Part shown: positions 58,021 through 64,000 of the stretch, piece after piece
Layout of the letters: every line of letters starts with the position of its first letter
Numbering within the stretch: the first letter of the stretch is position 1
Source: Podarcis muralis
Lineage: Eukaryota
Length of the DNA: 64,000 nt
Direction of reading: 5' to 3'
Assembly: GCF_964188315.1 (NCBI RefSeq)
Contig: NC_135663.1
Location: forward strand, 10,168,001 to 10,232,000
Notes under the pieces: generated by a model
Told to the model about the DNA's origin: nothing
The model's database searches: none
What the model saw: the letters and a program-made list of their open reading frames with translations, nothing else
Translations under genes and position numbers: made by a program

Positions 58021-61000
58021 GTAATATTCTTTTGCCTTCTTTTCTTCCGTATGATATTACATTAATTTGCCTCCTTTTCTTCCATATAAGATTGCATTAA
58101 TTGCATTTTCTCTGCTTCCACATTTTGCAATGCAATCACAATGTGGCAATAATGTTGACTAATGAGGAAAGCTCCTAGAATAATAGAGCAACAAAGTAAT
58201 GATAATGGGTGGTATTCAACTATTTATTTTACCGTTGCAATTAATGGACCTGACTTAAGTCGAGTTTATTGATTACAGTGGATCAGTTTGGAGTAGGTGA
58301 ATATCATACAAAGCTGTCAAGCAGGGAAATTGGATAGTACAGTGGTACCTCAGGTTACATACGCTTCAGGTTACAGACTCCGCTAACCCAGAAATAGTGC
58401 TTCAGGTTAAGAACTTTGCTTCAGGATGAGAACAGAAATTGTGCTCTGGTGGCGCGGCGGCAGCAGGAGGCTCCATTAGCTAAAGTGGTGCTTCAGGTTA
58501 AGAACAGTTTCAGGTTAAGAACGGACCTCCGGAACAAATTAAGTACTTAACCTGAGGTACCACTCAGTGGCGTAGCGTGGGGGGTGCAGGGGGGGCCAGC
58601 CGCACTGGGCGCAACATCTGGGGTTATGGCAAATCCACGGGTTAGGGGGCGCAGATTACTTGCCTTGCCCCGGGTGCTGACAACCCACGCTACGCCACTG
58701 GTACCACTGTACAATGTAATAATGACTATCACCACAATAGTGTTGTCAAACTGGGAAAGGTCCCGCTGCACTGGGGAGCCTTGGGACAACCTGTCCCTCA
58801 ACCTAACCTAACCTGTGGAATTAAAGAATTGTAGAGATGGAAGGGACCCTGAGGGTCATCTAGTCCAACCCCGTGCAGTGCAGGAATCAATTACAGATGG
58901 ACACCCAACCTTTGCTTAAAAACCTCCAAGGAAGGAGAGTCCACCACCTTCTGAGGGAGTCCATTCCACTGTAGAACAGCTCTCACCATCAAAAAGTTAT
59001 TCCTCATGTTTACTTGGAATTCCCTTTCTGGTAACGAAGCCACTGGTTCGAGTCCTACCCTCCAGAGCAGCAGAAAACAGACTTCCATGTGATAGCCCTT
59101 GAGATATCTCCACTTAGTCTCATTTTTTTCCAGGATAAACATACCCAACTCCCTCAATTGTAAGGTTTGGTTTCCAAACCCTTGATCGTCCTGGTCGCAC
59201 ACATTCCAGCTTGTCGTTATCTTTTAAAAATTGTGCTGCAGGGTTGATGTGAGAGTCAAATGGGGGAAAGGAGAACCATATTTGCTGCCTTGAGTGCCTT
59301 GGAAGAAAGGTGTGATATAAATATAACTAAATCGGGTTTTTTGGGGGGGAACAATGTCATCTCCCCCCTCCTCCCAAAGAAAATCTCCAAGCACTAAAAA
59401 GATTGTGGCTTACCACTTTCCCATTCGTTGCTCTGTCTGAAACAGCTGAAGAGAAGGTTTCGAAGCAACGCCTCCCCTCTCACATCACACCCGCAACCCT
59501 GTAAAGTTATATTACGACTGAGCGTACCCAAACATGTAACTCAAGGGCGACATTCTTCTGTTGCAGGAATGCCAACTACCAGCAGAGGGCGTTGCCTCTG
59601 TCGAACAAAAGGAATGATGCTGAGCTCTGTCCCTATTCAACGTGTTGCTGAAGTTGAATTTCACCGGCCCAGCAGCAGCTGCGATCAGGAGGAACTGGTG
59701 TAAGTAGTGGGTGCTGGTTGTGCTCCAGAAGCCTTTACTAATGTACTTGTTGATTTACCTTTTTTGTGTTGCTTCTCCATTCATCCATTTTCTCTTGCTG
59801 CTTCTTGTGCATATATCACTACAGTACTGCCTTTCTAATACTTGGTTAGAATTTTAACTGTAAAGCGGGCTGATAATTTTTTTGAATGATAGAATCATAG
59901 AGTTGGAATAGACCACAAGGGCCATCGAGTCCAACCCCCTGCCAAGCAGGAAACACCATCAGAGCACTCCTGACATATGGTTGTCAAGCCTCTGCTTAAA
60001 GACCTCCAAAGAAGGAGACTCCACCACACTCCTTGGCAGCAAATTCCACTGTCGAACAGCTCTTACTGTCAGGAAGTTCTTCCTAATGTTTAGGTGGAAT
60101 CTTCTTTCTTGTAGTTTGGATCCATTGCTCCGTGTCCGCTTCTCTGGAGCAGCAGAAAACAACCTTTCTCCCTCCTCTATATGACATCCTTTTATATATT
60201 TGAACATGGCTATCATATCACCCCTTAACCTCCTCTTCTCCAGGCTAAACATGCCCAGCTCCCTTAGCCGTTCCTCATAAGGCATCGTTTCCAGACCTTT
60301 GACCATTTTGGTTGCCCTCCTCCCTTGAAGGGCGTTCTATAAATATTCTGGCTAGAGAAGCAATATTAATTTAGCTACTTCATAGAGTTCCCCCCCAGGA
60401 AGTTTTCATTATTATAATTCTGTAGCAAGTATGTAAAAAATATAAATGAAGGCAGGAATCTGCAAAATACCTAATAAAGTAACTGCAAAGAGGGAGAATA
60501 ATCGCATCAAATAAAAACTCATTATTACAACTAGTCTTTATGTCATCAATAATGGTCTTGAGTGCTGTTTATCATCTGATAAATAAACAGTGTTTCAACA
60601 TTTCAGCTACTTTCTGTTTATTCATGTAAAAAGAGAGTTTACTGTATTGTCTATTACCGTATTTTTCGCTCTATAAGACGCACCAGACCACAAGACGCAC
60701 TTAGTTTTTGGAGGAGGAAAACAAACAAAAAAATATATTCTGAATCTCAGAAGCCAGAACAGCAAGAGGGATCGCTGTGCGGTGAAAGCAGCAATACCTC
60801 TTGCTGTTCTGGCTTCTGGGATAGCTGCGCAGCCTGCATTCGCTCCATAAGACGCACACACATTTCCCCTTACTTTTTAGGAGGGGAAAAGTGAGTCTTA
60901 TAGAGCAAAAAATACGGTATTTCTGCTGCTACCAATTGACCCTATTTTGCCCTGCCCAGCTTGATGAGTCTCAAGTTCTACCGATGCTGCTAGACCACAA

Positions 61001-63005
61001 CCTCCTGGGAGTTGGAGTCCCGAAGCATCTGTAGTCTTCTCCACACCTCTTATTAACTCATTTTTTCCTTCTTTCATCCTTGTGGGGTGAATGGGTGGGG
61101 GAAGAGTTGTTCATGTTCATTCCTGGTTCATTTGGCCTCCCCTACAAAAATAATAATAATAATAAATAATAATGAATTTTAGTGGTATCCCGCCCTCCCC
61201 GGCCAAAGCCGGGCTCAGGGTGCCTAACATAATAAAAATAAAATGATATGCATAATACAAGCGATCGGTCAATTAAGATACATCCCACAATTAGTTCAAA
61301 CAATTAAAATTAAAACTGGACAAGTGGCAATCTTCAGGTTAAAATTGGAAACGGTTAATACCCACCAAGACCAACAGTTTCCACTGATATTATAAGGACC
61401 TGTGAGCGGGCTGTGAACCTCCTTCTTGCTTGTTCTTATACAAAGAGAAAATGAGTCAGGCCGAACCCTGACCAAAGGCCTGGGGGAACAGCTCCATCTT
61501 GCAGGCCCTGCGGAAAGATGTCAAATCTCGCAGGGCCCTAGTCTCTTGTGAGACAGCATTCCACCAATAAACAAATAAAGCAAAAGTGAGAGGTGCCCAT
61601 AGAAAATTATGGGGAAACCCAGGATCATGCAGTGCAATCTGGGAAATAAAATTATATACATGCAAATGAGTTAAATGGGGCTTGATTCCAGATTATGCAG
61701 GATAGCACTGCAGCAAAAAGACCTATATATGTGCCCACTTGACCACTGGATCAGTGGAATTGGCACTATTGCATACGCCACATAAGACACGTTTGTAATA
61801 ACTCTCGTCTTCTAGTGTGGCAGCACTTAAACTTTGGAACTCCCTGCCTGTTGATGTTTAGACTGTGTTTAATCTTCCTTAGGGATAACGTTATTGTTTT
61901 ATATTTATTGTAATCCACTTTGAGGTTGTTGTTGTTCTTCTTTTAACAATCCAGCGGCGTAGAAATTTTATGAAATAAAAACAAATAAACACACTCCCGA
62001 CATTAAGGAAAAAGAAGGACAACAACATCATGAATTTTATTCATAGAACAAGTGCAAGATAAATGATAAATCAGTAGATTGGCTTGATATGTCAGCCATA
62101 GTTAAAGGTAAAGGTAAAGGTACCCCTGCCCGTACGGGCAAGTCTTGACAGACTCTAGGGTTGTGCGCCCATCTCACTCAAGAGGCCGGGGGCCAGCGCT
62201 GTCCGGAGACACTCCCGGGTCACGTGGCCAGTGTGACAAAGCTGCATCTGGCGAGCCAGAGCCGCACACGGAAACGCCGTTTACCTTCCCGCCAGTAAGG
62301 GGTCCCTATTTATCTACTTGCACCCGGGGGTGCTTTCGAACTGCTAGGTTGGCAGGCGCTGGGACCGAGCAACGGGAGCGCACCCTGCCGCGGGGATTCG
62401 AACCGCTGACCTTTTGATCGGCAAGCCCTAGGCGCTGAGGCTTTTACCCACAGCGCCACCAGCGTCCCTCAGCCATAGTTAGATCACCCCTATACAGGCA
62501 CCTGCTTGAGTCTCACCTGTTCACCCAGGCTTTGCCCAAGGTGTGAGCTGGAAATCATCCCTTGTATTAAGTTTCCTGCTCTGGGTCAATGTTATTTTGG
62601 TACTCAATGCAATACAAGTAACTATATAAAACCCCAAGGAAGCTGCGTTGATCTAGAAGGGCAGGGCAAATGCCTTTATTTTGGAGCAGTCCAATTGCCA
62701 CAAAAGGATAGTAATAGTAGTCCTGTTTCTAATTTGCCCTCAATTGCTTCTTTGCAGAGTCACTTTCAAGAGAAACGCGCGCAAGAGGTGCCTGGACATT
62801 AATTTGGAGCAAGGCCGTCGTATAAAGGAGGTAAAGGAGACCAGAATAAGTACAGTGGGTTGGGATGAGACAAGATAATGGGGTGGTTGTGTTGATGGGA
62901 TCCTGATACCTCATCCACTCTGGCCGCAGATAAGCGTCTTGTACTGTACTCACCTGGTATTTTTCTTTGCTTCCCTTACAGGCAATTATGAAGAAGAGGA
63001 AATGA
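57960..63005 (+). CDS. CXCL11-like: ELR-negative CXC chemokine, CXCL9/10/11 (CXCR3-ligand) type, closest to CXCL11: join(57960-58020,59567-59699,62758-62830,62982-63005), 96 aa
   Basis: Spliced product [96 protein letters not shown]. It has a signal peptide, an RGRCLC motif (CXCL11 has KRGRCLC), four conserved Cys and four exons with phases 1,2,0. Exact paralog identity cannot be fixed without a phylogeny. Confidence 0.9.
58826..59240 (-). mobile_element. Degenerate CR1 fragment in chemokine intron 1
   Basis: ...[31 protein letters not shown]. Confidence 0.8.
59567..59699 (+). CDS. CXCL11-like: CXC chemokine exon 2
   Basis: Acceptor TTGCAG; contains the CXC motif and the third Cys; donor GT|GTAAGT; 133 nt. 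Confidence 0.92.
59886..60322 (-). mobile_element. CR1 LINE 3' fragment in chemokine intron 2
   Basis: Near-identical to the 39.9-40.3 kb copy; ATGATAGAATCATAG tail. Confidence 0.95.
60330..60649 (-). repeat. Right arm of ~310-bp inverted repeat pair
   Basis: See left arm at 56878-57180. Confidence 0.92.
62105..62468 (-). mobile_element. Sauria SINE (chemokine intron 2)
   Basis: TSD CAGCCATAGTTA. Confidence 0.9.
62758..62830 (+). CDS. CXCL11-like: CXC chemokine exon 3
   Basis: Acceptor TTTGCAG; encodes [24 protein letters not shown]; donor GAG|GTAAAG; 73 nt. Confidence 0.9.
62982..63005 (+). CDS. CXCL11-like: CXC chemokine exon 4 (coding part)
   Basis: Long pyrimidine tract + TACAG; encodes AIMKKRK-TGA. 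Confidence 0.82.
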   Translation, partial: AIMKKRK

Positions 63006-63531
63006 AGACTGTTAGAGACTGAGAGAGGAGAAGGCAAAGAAAATATAAGTGGGCATTTGGTTACTGAGGTAGAGAAGTCATGAGGTTTAAGCTTCTTTTG
63101 GACAAAGACATCATCCATTTCTCCTTCAGGAGGACCTCCTGACAACCTTCTAAAAGACTGGCGTTCTGTGGACCACACAGTTTGAAAACTCCCTGACCTA
63201 AGTGTTTAATTGGCAGGATTCGGTCTAGTATAAAGCTGCTGGAATTTGAAAAGGAGCTTTTCCAATTTAGTTTCTTTCCCTCAACTTTCAGGTCAATAAT
63301 TATGTGTTACCACGGGAAGAAACAAAAAAACTGAGAAAGCTAGAGGACAAATAATTTCAAATTGTAAAGCCCTCAATAGCCCAGTGGCTAAAAAATCTAT
63401 GTGAGTGGAAGACATTTGGTACTCATTGTTTCGTTGTTAAACTTAAAAGAATAATGTTTTCTTGCTGTCTTGTTATTGTATTCTGCTCCTTGCCGGGTCT
63501 TGAATACAGGCTTAGCACCTGTACATTTGTA

Positions 63532-63537
63532 AATAAA
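63532..63537 (+). terminator. Chemokine polyadenylation signal
   Basis: AATAAA about 530 nt after the stop, followed by a T-rich tract. Confidence 0.55.
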
Positions 63538-63690
63538 AATATTTTTGTTTTGTAACAAATCAGCCAGTGTGTGTTCGTCCATTCGTTCTCTCTCTCCTCA
63601 AAAGTAAACCTACAGGAGCTGCCAGCAAAGAGCTTCATTCAGCTCCCAAATCAAACTTTGGCCACAGAAGTAGCATTCACGCCATGCATT

Positions 63691-64000
63691 TCATAGAATC
63701 CTAGAGTTGGAATAGACCACAAGGGCCATCGAGTCCAACCCCCTGCCAAGCAGGAAACACCATCAGAGCACTCCTGACATATGGTTGTCAAGCCTCTGCT
63801 TAAAGACCTCCAAAGAAGGAGACTCCACCACACTCCTTGGCAGCAAATTCCACTGTCGAACAGCTCTTACTGTCAGGAAGTTCTTCCTAATGTTTAGGTG
63901 GAATCTTCTTTCTTGTAGTTTGGATCCATTGCTCCGTGTCCGCTTCTCTGGAGCAGCAGAAAACAACCTTTCTCCCTCCTCTATATGACATCCTTTTATA
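63691..64000 (-). mobile_element. CR1 LINE 3' fragment (runs off the window)
   Basis: Same translated ORF as the other two young copies. Confidence 0.93.

Noticed and set aside
63006-63540. AU-rich instability elements in the chemokine 3' UTR
   Set aside because: Only an isolated ATTTA was seen; no clustered ARE.

Overview
Vertebrate (squamate reptile, lizard-like) genomic DNA, judged from Sauria SINEs, BovB, CR1, L2 and L1 fragments and squamate-type MITEs. It has three N-gaps. Five protein-coding genes were reconstructed by hand from splice sites. In order: RUFY3 first coding exon (-, 5884-6175; the rest lies left of the window); intronless UTP3/SAS10 (-, 9782-11257); a complete 4-exon JCHAIN (+, join 19445-19508, 21324-21459, 22617-22697, 24891-25095; 161 aa); a FAM47E-like gene (-, seven exons from 49339 to 28116, first exon unresolved); and a complete 4-exon ELR-negative CXC chemokine of the CXCL9/10/11 type (+, join 57960-58020, 59567-59699, 62758-62830, 62982-63005; 96 aa) with a compact ISRE + NF-kB + TATA promoter. 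Main points of interest: JCHAIN lies 33 kb from a CXCL gene with matching exon 1/exon 2 architecture; the JCHAIN-FAM47E-CXCL gene order differs from human; a ~310 bp inverted-repeat pair brackets the chemokine promoter and exons 1-2; there is a 562 bp fold-back element; JCHAIN has an extra cysteine; and there is a candidate B-cell enhancer upstream of JCHAIN. Homology calls rest on remembered mammalian sequences, not on database searches.
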